A DNA stretch of 64,000 bases from Epiperipatus broadwayi. Lineage: Eukaryota > Animalia > Onychophora. The notes beneath the pieces were generated by a model. It saw only the letters and a list, made by a program, of their open reading frames with translations. It was not told the origin of the DNA and made no database searches. Location of the stretch: positions 23,808,001 to 23,872,000 of the forward strand of contig JAQFVV010000003.1 of NCBI GenBank assembly GCA_028023455.1, written 5' to 3'. Below, one piece after another: positions 41,132 through 54,730 of this stretch. Within the stretch, counting starts at the first letter, position 1. Each line of letters starts with the position of its first letter. The position numbers and the translations under genes were made by a program.

Positions 41132-42266
41132 AACATATTCTTTAGTATACTAAATGTTTACTGTAGTAAATAGAGGGACATGAACTTAGGATTTTTAGTC
41201 TATATTTGTCCAGGATTTTCAGTCTATATTTGTCATCCACTCCTTCTCAAACAGCTGATACACAAAATCACACATGTGAAAAAAATAAATGGCCCCTAGT
41301 ATACATATTTGATGCAGAACCAGCATTCACCAGTTGGGCCAGATCATAATCTCCCACACTTATATACAGCCAGTGTTTGGCTTATCCTTACACTTTAATG
41401 GAAAGGCTTCAATCTTCTCACTCCTAAAACAATTCAGCAGTCCATTTCATTAAAAAACCCAATGATGGAATGCTCAAAATCCTTGATGGATTTGATATTG
41501 TAGTCATACTTAAGTAGACATTAAGTCAATCTAATCTCATATTATTGGGCCATTATTTAACCATTTATATGGGAAAGGAATAGGATAGACTTACACTACA
41601 ATGTAACCTATTTCCAAGCCAATATGTAATTAACCTATTCATTCTGTATACTTATAGTAAATAGATGGATTTGAACTTAGGATTTTTCATCTATATTCAT
41701 AATTCACTCCATATCAAACAACTGATACACATGACCACACACATGAAAAAGATAAATGATCCCCAGTATATGAAAGTTCAAATACCTTCATTTATTATAG
41801 TAAACATTCAGTATACTGAATAAATAGGTTAATTACATATTGCCTTGGAAATAGGTCATATCATAGTATAAGTCCAGCCTATCCCTCTCCTATTAATATA
41901 AATGAATATGAAATGGTCTGATAATATATAATGTCTACATGGTTATGACTACATTATCAAATGCACCAAAGGCTTTGAGTGTTCCATCATTGGATTTTTC
42001 ATGGTTGAATTGTTGGAGGGGTGAGAAGATTGAAACCTGTCCATTAAAGTTTAAGGAATTTCTATCTAATATAAATCATGCATTGATTGTATATATGTGT
42101 GGGAGATTATGATCCGGCTCAACTGATGAGTGTTGGTTCTGCATGAAATACATATATTGGGGAGCATTTATCTTTTTCACATGTGTGTGGTTATGTGTAT
42201 CAATTGTTTGAGATGGAGTGCAGAATCAATATAGATTGGAAATCTTAAATTCAAATCCCTTGTTTT
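41132..42266. mobile_element. ~1.1-kb head-to-head A2 element: ~1.3 tandem monomers on - strand, ~1 monomer on + strand; monomer 467 nt
   Basis: Predicted cleavage sites on - strand at 41767/41766 and 41300/41299; hammerheads 41293-41340(-) and 42116-42162(+); possible decayed TSD gtcataatcaaaatt (41117-41131) / gtcatgattgaagtt (42267-42281). Confidence 0.85.
42116..42162 (+). ncRNA. Type-I hammerhead (variant A2) with intact catalytic core
   Basis: ggctcaa CTGATGA gtgtt ggttc tgcat GAAA tacata TA ttgggg; inferred consensus stem III ATACGTAT, AUA cleavage triplet. Confidence 0.85.
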
Positions 42267-42646
42267 GTCATGATTGAAGTTTTTCCTTAAGCATATAAAT
42301 GCTGTCAGAGTTAAAAACTAATCAAGATAAAAATTAAGATTTCTTAAAATAATGAAAAAATTATATGTAGATATGTAAATTCACACAATTCTGAAATGAT
42401 ATGGTTACCAAAAACACTAAGAATAGCATTGAATTTCAAAAATTCCCTAAAAAGAGAAGTCATTGACAATAGAATATATTAGATGAAATAAGATGTCTTT
42501 ATTTGTAAATTATGAATGACATATTTGTGACATAAGTACTATAACGCATACTTAAAGAATGTAATTATGATTTTTTTTAATTATATAAAGAAAAATATTA
42601 ATATTTTTTTGTGTAAATTCTTATTAGAAATTGTTAATTTTAAATA

Positions 42647-42751
42647 AAATTATTCAAACGGAAGTGGAATCTCCGATAATGCACTATCTTAAATATTATA
42701 ATATTTAAGAAATAGTGCGTTATCGGAGATTGACTTCCGTTTGAATAATTT
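42647..42751. repeat. 105-bp near-perfect palindrome rich in CpG
   Basis: aaattattcaaacggaagt...cttaaatatta t aatatttaag...acttccgtttgaataattt. Confidence 0.9.
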
Positions 42752-42944
42752 CTAAGTTTTCAGCGCTTTATTTAATTTTAAATAAACAAATACTATTTAT
42801 TTTAAACATTTTTTATAGTTTACTTTTTGTGATTATACTTATCTGTTTCTAACAATAAAAATTAACATTTTATCTTACCTTATAACAATATATTAAACAA
42901 ATAATAATAACAAAAAAAGTAAACTTAGCTGTTTATTTTTGCAG

Positions 42945-43036
42945 CTAAGCTTGTGGTACTAAAATTCTCATTATGCCATTGCTGACTCAAATAAATGTGT
43001 GGTACATGCAAGTAAATAAAGGAACAACCATCAATG
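42945..43036 (+). CDS. Candidate exon with ATG at 42973 (MPLLTQINVWYMQVNKGTTIN, phase-1 end)
   Basis: gtttatttttgcag| acceptor and aatg|gtgaga donor. Confidence 0.3.
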
Positions 43037-45966
43037 GTGAGATTACATAGAAAAAATTTTGAATCGTAAAATGTTTTTTTACTACCTATGCATTGACTTA
43101 AGACCATTTCCTAGTATACAAAATTGACATTATTTATATATATGCTTAATCAGTTTAATGTCTTACTGTTTATTGCCATCCATGCTTTAATATAATGGTA
43201 GATATTGCATTTACAGGCTTGAACTTTTTATGAATTTTTGAGTAACAAACCATTTGATTATTTTTAAAGCTATATCTGTGTCTAATCACAGTGATAAAAT
43301 GCCATCCAGAGTTTTTAATAAAACATATATTGTTCATAAATATTCTGTAAGTAGGTATGCTGTTGTTATTTTTTAAATCTTACAAGTTCAGAGACTTGTG
43401 CAAAATTTAGGAATATTGGTTTAAAGACAAAGTAGAATGTTGGAAAAAGTTCTATTATTAGTTAATGGTGTATATACTATCAGTTCATAGTCAGATTTTA
43501 TTTTTTTTTTGTATGGTTGAGTTCACTAATATGAATATTGTCTGAGTTGGCATATGGATGTGAATATTAAATCTTCAACCTAGATTAATAAACTATTCAT
43601 CATGAAATTACTAAGAATTAAGAAATTGTGGTGAATATTTTCAATTAAAAAATAGAATCAATATGATGATATACAAAACTTAAGAACACAGATTTTATGG
43701 TAATATTAATGAAGAAAAATTAATTAATTTTAATATGGTGCACATAAAAAGATTGGTATTTCACGTATGGGTTGAAAAAGAAATGTGAATGACCAAAAAT
43801 ATAATTGATAACTCTTGCTGATCTAAAAAATATTTCCAGTCATTAAGTGTAGCAATTCTATTTGTCATCTAGGGTGAAGCAATTTTCATTTACCAGGAAT
43901 CTGGGCAGATTTATGAAAGAAATGCAAAGAAATCAGTGAATTTTATTAAAATTTGTAGATAATACTTCTAAAAGTGGATCTGTATTTTTCAAAATGTTCT
44001 TTAATATATACATTTTAAATAGTATTTATTAGCTAACATTTTAGTATTTGGAAATAAAATATTTTTTCTTTTGTTTTTATTGCTGTAAGATATCTATCAG
44101 ATTGCCATAATACAATGACTCAACTATGTGAAGTGAGTTAAAAAGTGACAAATTTTCTTAGTACGATCTAACTTAAAAAATGTGTTTTATGTTAAAATTT
44201 AGTTGTAGCTTGTACATATCTCAGAAAGGCACAAAAATAAAACTTCCAATATAATAAAATGCATTACAGCTATATTTATACACACTATCAAATATATGTT
44301 AGCTGCAATTTCAATAAAAACTATTTTGATATCCCATCTTGATTGTGCTGGCATGGCTTCTTTCAGTTCTAGCATCTGATACCAATAAATTCAGAAATAA
44401 GAAAAAAAACTATGGAGTATGGAAGTAACTCTTATGCAATATTAAACCATAGAAGAATGAAAGTACATCCATAATAGATTCAGATAGGTTTATAACCAAA
44501 TTAGAAAGTCTTTTTCCCCAAGAGTATTAAACTACTGAACACCACATGATCACTATTTTCTTTGCTTACAGTTATACATGTATGGAGAGTTTTTCCTAGA
44601 CTATAGAAACATTGATTGGAGAGTTGATCCATTACAATTATTTTAATTGAAATAAAGAGGCAGATGAAAACTGGATAAACACAAAATTAAAGAAGATGGA
44701 GCAATAACTTTAATACTATTCCTGTCAGATGATGTATTATTTATATTATTTAGATATTTTTAGTGTTTAATCTGATTATCTTATAGATGTAAATATAGGC
44801 ACTAAAATAAATGTATGAACTTGTATTTGCCATGCCTACAATCTGGATTCAAATCTAAGTAAACTTTATTTTTTTAAATTTTATTAAACACTCTTCCTCT
44901 AATAATATGCCATTGAAGAGACTGATACCTTGCAGTGAGTTATTTAAAAGCTGTTTTACTTATATTAAAAGTATACCTATACATATTCTTGCTTAACTGA
45001 AATGCTTAAAAAGGATTTTATACATAACTTTGTGGGTAGACTTATAATATAAATAGTTAATTTAAAAGTGATATAGTTCAATTAAAAATTAAAAGTATTT
45101 TTTTTTTTTACAATTATTTAACATATATTTTCTTATAGGCCAAGTGCATAGATGATGTTATGTAATGTGAGAAGTGATATTTTTTTGTGTGTTTTATGCC
45201 AATAAATAATTGTTTCAAGTTAGATTAAATTAGACTTTAAAAAAAAAAAAAGAAGAAAGATAATGGTAAACTTAACTGTCACATGGATCCGTTAAGTTAT
45301 TAAGTGTTTGTAATTAAAAATCAACAGTTTATTTTTTTTCTTTTATGTTTCTAATACAAAAGATATACAATAGTTTTTAAATAGCCCATTTTAAGACAAA
45401 TAATAGCTTTTATAGGTGAAAAGAGGAGAAGACATTGATATTAAGCTTTGAAAGTTCAAGCTGATTGCCTTCATTGTTTTTATCGTTAGTCGAGAATAAT
45501 TAAATATCATTTGCAGACCAAGGAATCCAGTTAACCACAGGCTCTATTTGAAAAACAAATTTTATTTGAAGAATACAGTATTCGAATCCAAAATTGTAGG
45601 TGTGGTAACATCCCTTTGACATGTTTCTAATATACAACTATATTTTTATTTATGTTTTAAAAAATTATTTTTATTATAAATAATTTTATCACTACTACTA
45701 AGAATAGCTTCTATTAAAAAAAATATTTAAACAACTTAATTATTTAATAAATGATTTATGATGTAAATAAAAGGCAGGCCTTAATGTATGAGTATGTGCA
45801 GATGATATCTTTTCTTGACGAATTATAAAGTTCATATCCTTGTTTTATTTGCAAACATTTTAATTAAATGGATCACAAAGTAGCTACCGTAAATTTTTGT
45901 ATAGTTTTTTTTTTTTTTTAAATATATATCTTAATATTATATTAGTCAGATTTGTGTTTTTATCAG

Positions 45967-45995
45967 TGACCCGTGAGCAAGTGTTGTTGGACTTG
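45967..45995 (+). CDS. Candidate 29-nt microexon (TREQVLLDL in phase 1)
   Basis: tttgtgtttttatcag| and ttg|gtaaga; frame-compatible with 42945-43036. Confidence 0.35.
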
Positions 45996-47089
45996 GTAAG
46001 AATCATGTCTTATCACTAAATAATAATTTCATCAAACTGAATTATAGCTTAGCACACACACAAAAAAAAAAATTCCGTAAAAACATGCATTCGAATATAG
46101 ATTTTGAATGAATTATTTAGTTTCGATTACTGTATATAGATTTAAGTAATATTAGAAACATACATTTTGTAGGATGTTAATTCCACAAGTGAAAGATGTC
46201 ACATAAAAATTACATATATATTATTAGCCAAACTGATCATTGATAACAGAAAACTTTCTTCTTTTATCATCTCACTTCAAAGTATATCTTTTCTAAATCA
46301 CTTTTGAGATTATTTTTTTTTGTGCTATATGTTAATTCAAATATATTCTTTTTTTAAAAAATTGTTTATATATTATTTCAAACATCTCTTTGCATCATTG
46401 CAGTTTTTGATATGAATTCAAAGTTCACATTTAGTGTTTTCTTTAAATATAATATCAAACCTACCAGAAGCAGTTCTCTTTATCCTACTTCAGAGTTATC
46501 TGTTGGAAACTTAAGTAATTTATGGTTAGATGATTGATCTATTATATTCCCAGCCCATTTTCTGTTTTATGGTCTCGGGACTTTGGATTCAAAGTGAAAA
46601 TTAATGCACTCACATGTTGTTTTGTTGATAATAAACTTATCACTTGCAATCATTTCATGTTAATTTTTTTGTTCATTTATTTCTATGGGTGTTTGATTTA
46701 ATTGTTACCAATTAAGCAGCTGATTTAAATATCTAGTCTTGTCTTCAATTTTTCTCCTCTTAATACAATGATTATATAGAATACAAATTTGTTAACATGA
46801 TTTGAATTTTACAAATGCTTACTTTAAGGGTTTTCTTCAAACTGGCTAAATATATTCCATAAACTTTTAATTCCAAATCATTAAGCATTTTTTCAAAAAT
46901 ATTCCCAAATTTAAAATTGTTAAAATATTTTGGATTCTGATCCTTCTCTATTGCCCAATTACTTTAGCATATATATATTTTTATCTAAATAATTTTATGT
47001 GATTATATAAATAAATTAGCATTTTTGTAAAATAATATCATAGTTCCGATTTTTTTTAATGTATTAAATCAGAGCTGACAATGTAGAGA

Positions 47090-47260
47090 ATTCCATATTT
47101 CTCCATTCTTTTTTATTTCATAAATAATTTCATATAAATAAAGATACAATAAAAGAAAATAATCCCCAAGATGCATTTCATGCTGAACCAGCACTCATCA
47201 GTTGGGCCAGGTCATCAACTCGCATATATATCTTTATTACATGAAGAGTATTTATGTACA
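47090..47260 (-). mobile_element. Partial copy of hammerhead family A1
   Basis: Aligns with ~12140-12290. Confidence 0.8.
47164..47208 (-). ncRNA. Type-I hammerhead (variant A1), apparently intact
   Basis: Minus: ggcccaa CTGATGA gtgct ggttc agcat GAAA tgcatC ttgggg; stem I cccaa/ttggg; stem III palindrome ATGCAT; AUC triplet. Confidence 0.9.
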
Positions 47261-48557
47261 GAATTAATGCTTTTTTAATAAAGAAACTTTTAATGTACCC
47301 AAATTCCAAATTTATTATGCCTTTGAATTATTTCATTACTACTTATAGATAGTTGGTATATAATCCTTCCATACATTCTGCCCACACTCATGGCTAAGTG
47401 AATTCTAGTTTTCCTTTTAATGTTCTATAAATAATAGTAAAACGTTTTTAGATAATAGATATAAGTGAAAGGTTTATAATTTTTATGTCATTTTTTATTA
47501 TATAATAAAAATTACAAATATATTATTTTAATTGTTGGTAATTCTTTTTACAAATTAAAACTTACCACTATTTGCAATGTATCCAATGACTTTCTATTTT
47601 TTATATAAAGTGACTACCATATACTATATCAAAATTCATGCCTTCACTTATCCACAATTTAAAAAATATATAATGACTTGATTGAAACATTTCTAACATT
47701 AGCAAAAGAAAAGGTTTTAATATTTATTTTAATTATTATTAAGTGGCTGAGCACATTTTCAATGTGGAACATCAATTCATAGCACTCATGCATATGCTGT
47801 GGGATTTATGAAAGGAATGCTAATTATTTAAATTAGATATTTAAATATTTCATTTAAAAATATAATAATAACCATATTGATAATTAGTAAAAAAAAAACA
47901 GCAAATTTTTTTTTTAGTTCACATTTCAATTACTTTCTCATGCAAAACTAAATTGCTATCTATATTCCATTGCATTATATAATGAGAGTATGGTGGTTTT
48001 GATAGATAGCATGTGCTTAACATTGCAGATAATTAATTTAATGTAATTTAGATATATTTTTTTGCAATTTATCATCATCAATTTTTATAACTAGAAGAAT
48101 GAAGAAAAATAAGTATTTTTTTGATTGATATTAATATGTATCCATATTTTTTAAAAATCTAACTTTAAAATTTATTTTGTATTTTTTTTATTTTCTTTTA
48201 AAACTTTGATCCAGTTTGTAACAAATATAAATGTAATATTAAATCATGTTTTCAAAACTAATAAAAATGGATTGAATTTACTAGCATTGCATCTAACTCA
48301 TAATAAATATAAAAAAATTATATGCCTTATTTGACTTAGAAATATTCCCACGCATGAAAAGATACATTAAAAAAAAAAACAAAAAACCTCATTTCTATAA
48401 ATTTGTAATTACACACAATTTCTAAAGCAATGCACAAATTAAATGGATGGTACCATAATACTATCACTTTATGACATAAGCATGGTGCATAAAGCCACAA
48501 CATAACATCATTTCTCTAATATTTATTAATTCTATAAATTTGGGATACCGTAGAGTA

Positions 48558-48950
48558 TTTGAGCTGCTTCATGTTTTATCCTTTATAGTTTCATGCATAC
48601 ACATTAAGTGAAAAATCTAGCTATTAACTGGGTTTCTTTTGGATAATCTGACACACATTGCTAGAATGATATTTGAGTCTGTTGAGAAATGTCATTTGAG
48701 CTGCTTCATGTTTTTTTTTTAAGTGTCATGGCATCAGCTGGGATGCAAACCCGCAACCCGGGCAACTGCCTGCTAGTGCAAGGCAGTCACGCTAACCTCT
48801 CGACCACCAATGCAAGATTGCATCATGTTTTATTTTTTATAGTTTTATGCATACACAGTAAGTGAAAAATCTAGCTATCAACTGGGATTCTTTTGGATAA
48901 TCTTACACACATTGCTAGAATGATATTTGATAGTCTGTTGAGAAATGTCA
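48558..48950. repeat. Local ~140-bp tandem duplication; second unit interrupted by a SINE
   Basis: atagttt.atgcatacaca..aagtgaaaaatctagc...gttgagaaatgtcat present twice. Confidence 0.8.
48711..48820 (-). mobile_element. tRNA-Gly-derived SINE copy
   Basis: Minus: gcattggtggtcgagaggttagcgtgactgcc...gcagttgcccgggttgcgggtttgcatcccagctgatgccatgacac + A tail; tcatgtttt on both sides. Confidence 0.8.
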
Positions 48951-49499
48951 TGTGATTACCATAAGATAAAAGGCAGCAACCCAGAAAAAGTTTTAATTCA
49001 TGTTGATAGTGTTGTCATTAAAGATTTTGGTATTAATTGTGATATTTTATAAAAGAATATCTACTTAAAGAATAGTATGCTTTTCAAGCATAACTGAATC
49101 TGCTTGTTATATGTCTCTTGATAATTTCTTGATCCCATACCTGTTTTCATGTAGTTTTGTTTACTCTGAGCTTGCTGATGGCCATTCTAGTCATGTTGGA
49201 ATATTGCTTGATGTCTTCTTGACATTTAATAATTTTCTGCAATTAGTCTTAATACACTTGAGATATAATTTGGTGCATGGATCAATAAAATATGGGTTCA
49301 TAAACATTATTTTTTAAAAGTCATCCAATTGTTAACTTTTCAGAAAAACACGATTATATATGGTTAGATTACATTACATTAGATGATTTGCATATCTAAT
49401 ATTTCATACAAGGATTTGATGATATATGTGCAATTTTATTATTTTTTCTGGTAAATGCAATTTTTAAATTGAATGATATATGTAGAACTAGGCAAAATA

Positions 49500-49805
49500 A
49501 TAGAATACCTGAGATATATAGGATAATGATCTTATTGAAAAAATTAAAAGACTGAAGTGGAATTATGCTGGACATATTGCTAGAAGAAATGATAATAGAT
49601 GGACAATTGAAATCTTAAACTGGATTCCAAGAGATTGTAGACCCAGAAAGAATCACATGTGAGATGGATGGATGAAATAAGAAAGTGAGCAGGGGCAATG
49701 TGGAGAAGAGAAGCTGAAGATTAGAGAAGATGGATTGAACTTGATGAAACCATCCTGCAGTGGATTGATAATGGTTGGTTGGTGATGACAGTGATGATGA
49801 TAGAA
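49500..49805 (+). mobile_element. RTE-clade LINE 3' end
   Basis: IKRLKWNYAGHIARRNDNRWTIEILNWIPRD...RWMDEI; ends in gat-rich tail. Confidence 0.8.
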
Positions 49806-51739
49806 TAATCATTTATACAAAGAATGCTTTTTTCTACATAAAATGGAATCATATACTCATTCAATAAAATTAAAAATAATGAAATAATATGTAACTCAGG
49901 GGGTCATATGGTATTCTATTATTGTCCTAAACCACAGGGATTATGAATAGTGTCTTACAAAATATTAATGTGATTAATAGAATAAAAAGCATATGATACA
50001 ATCAACATTGATTTTATATTGCTCCAACATTATTTGCAATCAAATGATTAGAAAAATATGAAAAATGGTTAACACTCGTCTTATATTCTGCAAAACAATA
50101 TTGGTAGCATGGGCTGCAATAACTGAAGCATTTTCATTTTTGAAGATAACAGTATTATTTGGGAAAAGTGATGAGAAAAAATTGTTGAAGTAAAATATCT
50201 GCAAGAAATAAAAAATTCTGTAATTTAAATATTAAAAAGACAGAATTATGAGCTAGAATTTGAATTAATAATATTTTTAAAACTATCTCAACACTAGCTT
50301 ATAAGTTGGGGATTATGGGAGAGGAGGATTTTGGATTATTTTAGTAGGTGAAAGAAGGGTATTTTTCTAGAAGCATCTAGAAAACTTGAATCTCTAATTG
50401 TTCATTAATCTGTAGTTATAATGCATCTAAGCAGAGTGATGATTGGACCAAGATAAGTATTGTTACCCTATGCTTTACATTTTGAGAGAATTTGTTTTAG
50501 TTGACACCTTAATTTTGGTGAAGTTAGTTATAACCCTTAGAATGGTTGGGAAAATTGTAAATAATATAACTATCATCTGACATGATTGCACTTATTCGTT
50601 ATGTTTTGATGTTTAGAGATTTGCCTTACAGCATTTATATCAGAAACTAGGGTTTCTGAGATGATAAATTAGTAATTTGTTTCCGTATGAATGGTTTCAA
50701 TTATTCATTCTACTAGTTCTTTTAATATTTCCAATCACAAATGACTTCAGAAGATTTATTTCTGCTATCTTCACTTACTACTTTATTCTTCATTTTAAAT
50801 ATTAAATAGTTTATTAATTTAGGTCGCCTTTTGCTTTATATATCTGAGTGGCAACAATTTGATTTTATTTTAAATTAAACAAGTCTGATATTTCTCTTCA
50901 TAGCCATATGAGATAATTTTAAATATTCCAAAAAATTTGACTCTATATTTACAAAAAATATTACATGAATATGCATTTCCATTTATAATATGACAAGCGT
51001 TCACGTTTTTTTTTTCCAATCCCATTATAGTTTATTTTTATATTTTTTCATCAAATACAGGTTTCTTTTAAAAAGTTTTTATATTTGACTAAGGTTTTAG
51101 TTAAAAGCAGTTATTATATTAATTAAACACTATAATTCTCCTTTACTCAAAGCATCTTTTTTATATTTTTCATATCTCATTAATGTAATATTCAACATGA
51201 AAACTATTTCATTTTTATAGTTTGAAACTTTTTATATAAATCTGTACATGCTTTTTTTTCCTCATCAAGAATTTGTTTTTCTGATTCTTTGCCGAGGTCA
51301 CTACCCATAAAATAAAATATATCACTACAGTCTGAGAATATCTCAGTAATCGAGAATAAATTGTTCACCCAGTCTATTTAAATTTAAAAGTGGAATTGTA
51401 AATGGTTTTTTTTAGCTTTTATAAATCACTGAACTAGTTTACCAAAGATTTTGATTACATTATGCAAATCTTTTCCATCACAAAAATACATAAATCATTC
51501 TTGAAATCAGGGCCTGTGTTTCAATAGCTGCTTTTAGTTGGGAAGGGGGTGGGGGATACATCACCAAGCTAATTAAAAAAATCATTGCTTTGGAAAAATA
51601 TGCGAGTATATATGTAACATGTATCAGAGAAGAGGGATATCAGGAACTTTCTAAAAATTTTAAGAGCATTTTATTATATATTTATTTAGCATATGGATTT
51701 TTTTAAAATAGTTTAACTATTAAAGATATATCATGAAGT

Positions 51740-52000
51740 TTACTTACTGTTGAGATTCTAAACAGAACATCAATTCACCAATAACTTCATTAAGTCCTTC
51801 AATTTTGGCATTGTGACCATTGATTCAACTGGCAATCATTATGTGATTTATGGTTTGCATTTCTCCACATCTACTTAGACCAGTGGCTGTTAAATTCCAT
51901 TTATGAAGGATTGCCCTGAATCCACTAATGTGATTCTGATTGCATCTAGGATGATCAAGTCTATCCGGCTTTTAGAGTTGGATCTGGAAAAAGAAAATTG
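51740..52000 (-). mobile_element. Non-LTR retrotransposon C-terminal knuckle fragment
   Basis: Minus: AILHKWNLTATGLSRCGEMQTINHIM, similar to the LHKW...CDCGE.QT..HI motif. Confidence 0.5.
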
Positions 52001-53427
52001 TTTGGTTCCTAATTCCATTTTTTATGCCATAATTATTTAGTTATAGATTCATGATTGAGTATCCCAAAAAGGAGTTTTGATTTGAGATAAATCTTAGGTG
52101 ATGAAAATTGAGTTACTAACAAGTCCTATCTGTTAAATAGTTTTCTTAATAAAATTTCATTGGGACAGTGTTATTTATTATATGGTTTGTCGTCTAGTAG
52201 GTTAAAATTGTATGGAATAATTTTATTATTAATTTAAACAATACTAGGCTTATCATCCACCAATAATAAAAATCACATCATACTAAAATCATATTTTTTT
52301 TACAATCAGTTCATTAACACTCATCAGTTTAACCTTGATTAATTTATGACTGTAATTTCTAGCTAAGAATAATTAGACCATTATTTGATCTCTATTATTA
52401 TATGGCTATAGGCCACTCCAAGAAACTATTCTATTAATTGATGAATTGAGGCTTTTGCAATTCTACAAACTTTATTGTTTAAATTAGTGACATTCAGCAT
52501 TTTTAACTTGTGATATAGATATAATTATTGCTTAAATATGCAGCTGATATTCATGGTAGTAGTATAAAAATTCTATGGCTGAGATACAAGCATAACTATA
52601 ATATAGAAATTTATCTGCTGTTAATAAGGATAGTCCAAAAATTATTAAATAAATATTAATAATAAAGTATATGTTACTATTTTTTTATCCATTAAAATTA
52701 TATATTTTTAATTCTGATTATTAAAATAGTAAATTTTTAAATGAGCTAAATATTTGGATTACAATTTACTGATCAAAGACAATTCTAAATAAAACATATA
52801 TAAATGCTCCAGTTATATGATTGATTTTGAGTATAGACCATGAGTGTGTATTTCTGTCAGGTTTTAGCTCATTCACAATTAACCAAATAACTTTAGATAT
52901 TAAAGTCAAGTAAAATCTACTATTTAATAAAAAATTACTTTCTCCAGCCAAATATTTTTTAAATGTCATGAAGATAACTATTTTTGTATTATTTTGTTTT
53001 AAGAATGATGCAAGTAAATGTATTTATCGATAAATCAACACACAAATTACTCTGCTTACATTTAATATATGCTGTATTTATTTTACTCCAGAGCTATCTA
53101 TTGCAAACTTGAGTAATCACAACCCTGGATGGCTCAGGTCAATTGATGAGACATGATTCTTGTCAAGTGGAAATAGTGAATCATTTATATATATATACAT
53201 TTGAAGAAATAGTATGAATATTTTAAATGTGTATTGTGGTATTTGAGAAATGACACAACATATTATGTTTAAAAGTGAGAGATTGAATGTATATTAAGAA
53301 ATAGTCATGTGTTTTCTTCACTATAACATTAAGTATATATCTTGGATAAAAACACAACATTTTCTATTTCTTAAAGGTAACTGCCTTGCATAGTTTGAAG
53401 CAGTGGTGTTGGCATATTTTTTGATTC

Positions 53428-53613
53428 AGGAAAGTCTATTGATCATAATCCAGATTCTATTATTTGTGGGTCTTGAGCTTCATATGAACTCCTTACTAAA
53501 AGCCAATCAATTATTTTTAACAGGAAGTCTATGGATCATAATCCATTTCTATTATTTGTGGATCTTGAGCTTCTTATAAATTCCTTAGCAATAAAGCCAA
53601 TCAATTATTTTAA
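53428..53613. repeat. ~93-bp unit duplicated in tandem
   Basis: caggaa(a)gtctat.gatcataatcca...aaagccaatcaattatt twice. Confidence 0.85.
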
Positions 53614-54469
53614 CATGAGTGGTTAGTAGCAAAGTTATTTAAAAACAGTGGTTATCTATTATGTGATAATAAACATGATCCTAGAAATTGAACGATATAA
53701 AAATATATTAACAAACATTTTCATTTATTTAACATTTTAAATTATTTCATTTGTCTTATCAAATATCTGAATAATCTTTTTTATCTAACTGGAAATTCTT
53801 CATTTTGTCATTATTAATAATTGATTGTATTAAAATTTGTTAATCTATTATCCACAGCATTGTGCAAGATTTGATTTAGTGGTATACTTCTGTTTTCAAT
53901 TGAAATAAGTACTGTATATATAATATATTACAATTCTAATTTTTTTTTAGTTATGAAATTTTAAAAAAAAATTATCAGCAATAAATAAGATGATGATGCA
54001 AGTGCTTTTACATACACTAATTCCTTTCTACTTATTCCAGAACCATCAAGTGCAATCTTTGAGTAATTAATTGACATTAGATAATGGTTGCTATCATATT
54101 CACAATACCAGACTAGTTTCTGATTATGGTCTTTGAATACAATGATTTTGAACATCTAGCAAACATTTTAAACTTTTTTATTCTATCAAGCCAATAATGT
54201 GAAATTCAACAATATTTAAGTTGTATAAATCAGATACTAAGGTAGTAACTACATATTTAGTTGATCACTCTTATGCTATATGCAACATTAGTACATTTCA
54301 AACTGCATAGGAGAAAACAAATGTAAACTACTCCTGAATATTATGCTGAAAATTGTATAATTAAGCATAATACCATCCATATAATCATCAGGATGCTATA
54401 GAAACTTGACTGCAGACAATAATAAAGTTAAAAGCAGTTAAAAATCTCTTGGCTGATACATATCATGGT

Positions 54470-54620
54470 TATCACTTTCAATCAGAATAAAGTTATCTTA
54501 AGTTTAATCCAGTTTTTCTGATCCATAACTTCTCTCATATGTCTTCATCTCATCCATCTTGCACATGGTCTTTTTTGTATCTTCTATAACCATTTAGAGT
54601 CCATTCAAAGTGTAGAATAA
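54470..54620 (-). mobile_element. Probable RTE 3' fragment
   Basis: Minus: WTLNGYRRYKKRPCARWMNE, resembling the RTE C-terminal W.PR..R..GRP..RW motif. Confidence 0.4.
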
Positions 54621-54730
54621 AACATTATTATTAATTTATATTACACAAATCAGTGTATTCAAAAAGCTTTCTGGTCACTCAAGTGCTCTGGTGACTTGTA
54701 TCAGAAACATTGAGATGATAATCCCCCTTA

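Noticed and set aside
43260-43346. Peroxidasin first exon (ends ..NI-CT|gtaagt, correct phase)
   Set aside because: No ATG after the upstream stop and no CPxxCxC LRRNT motif.
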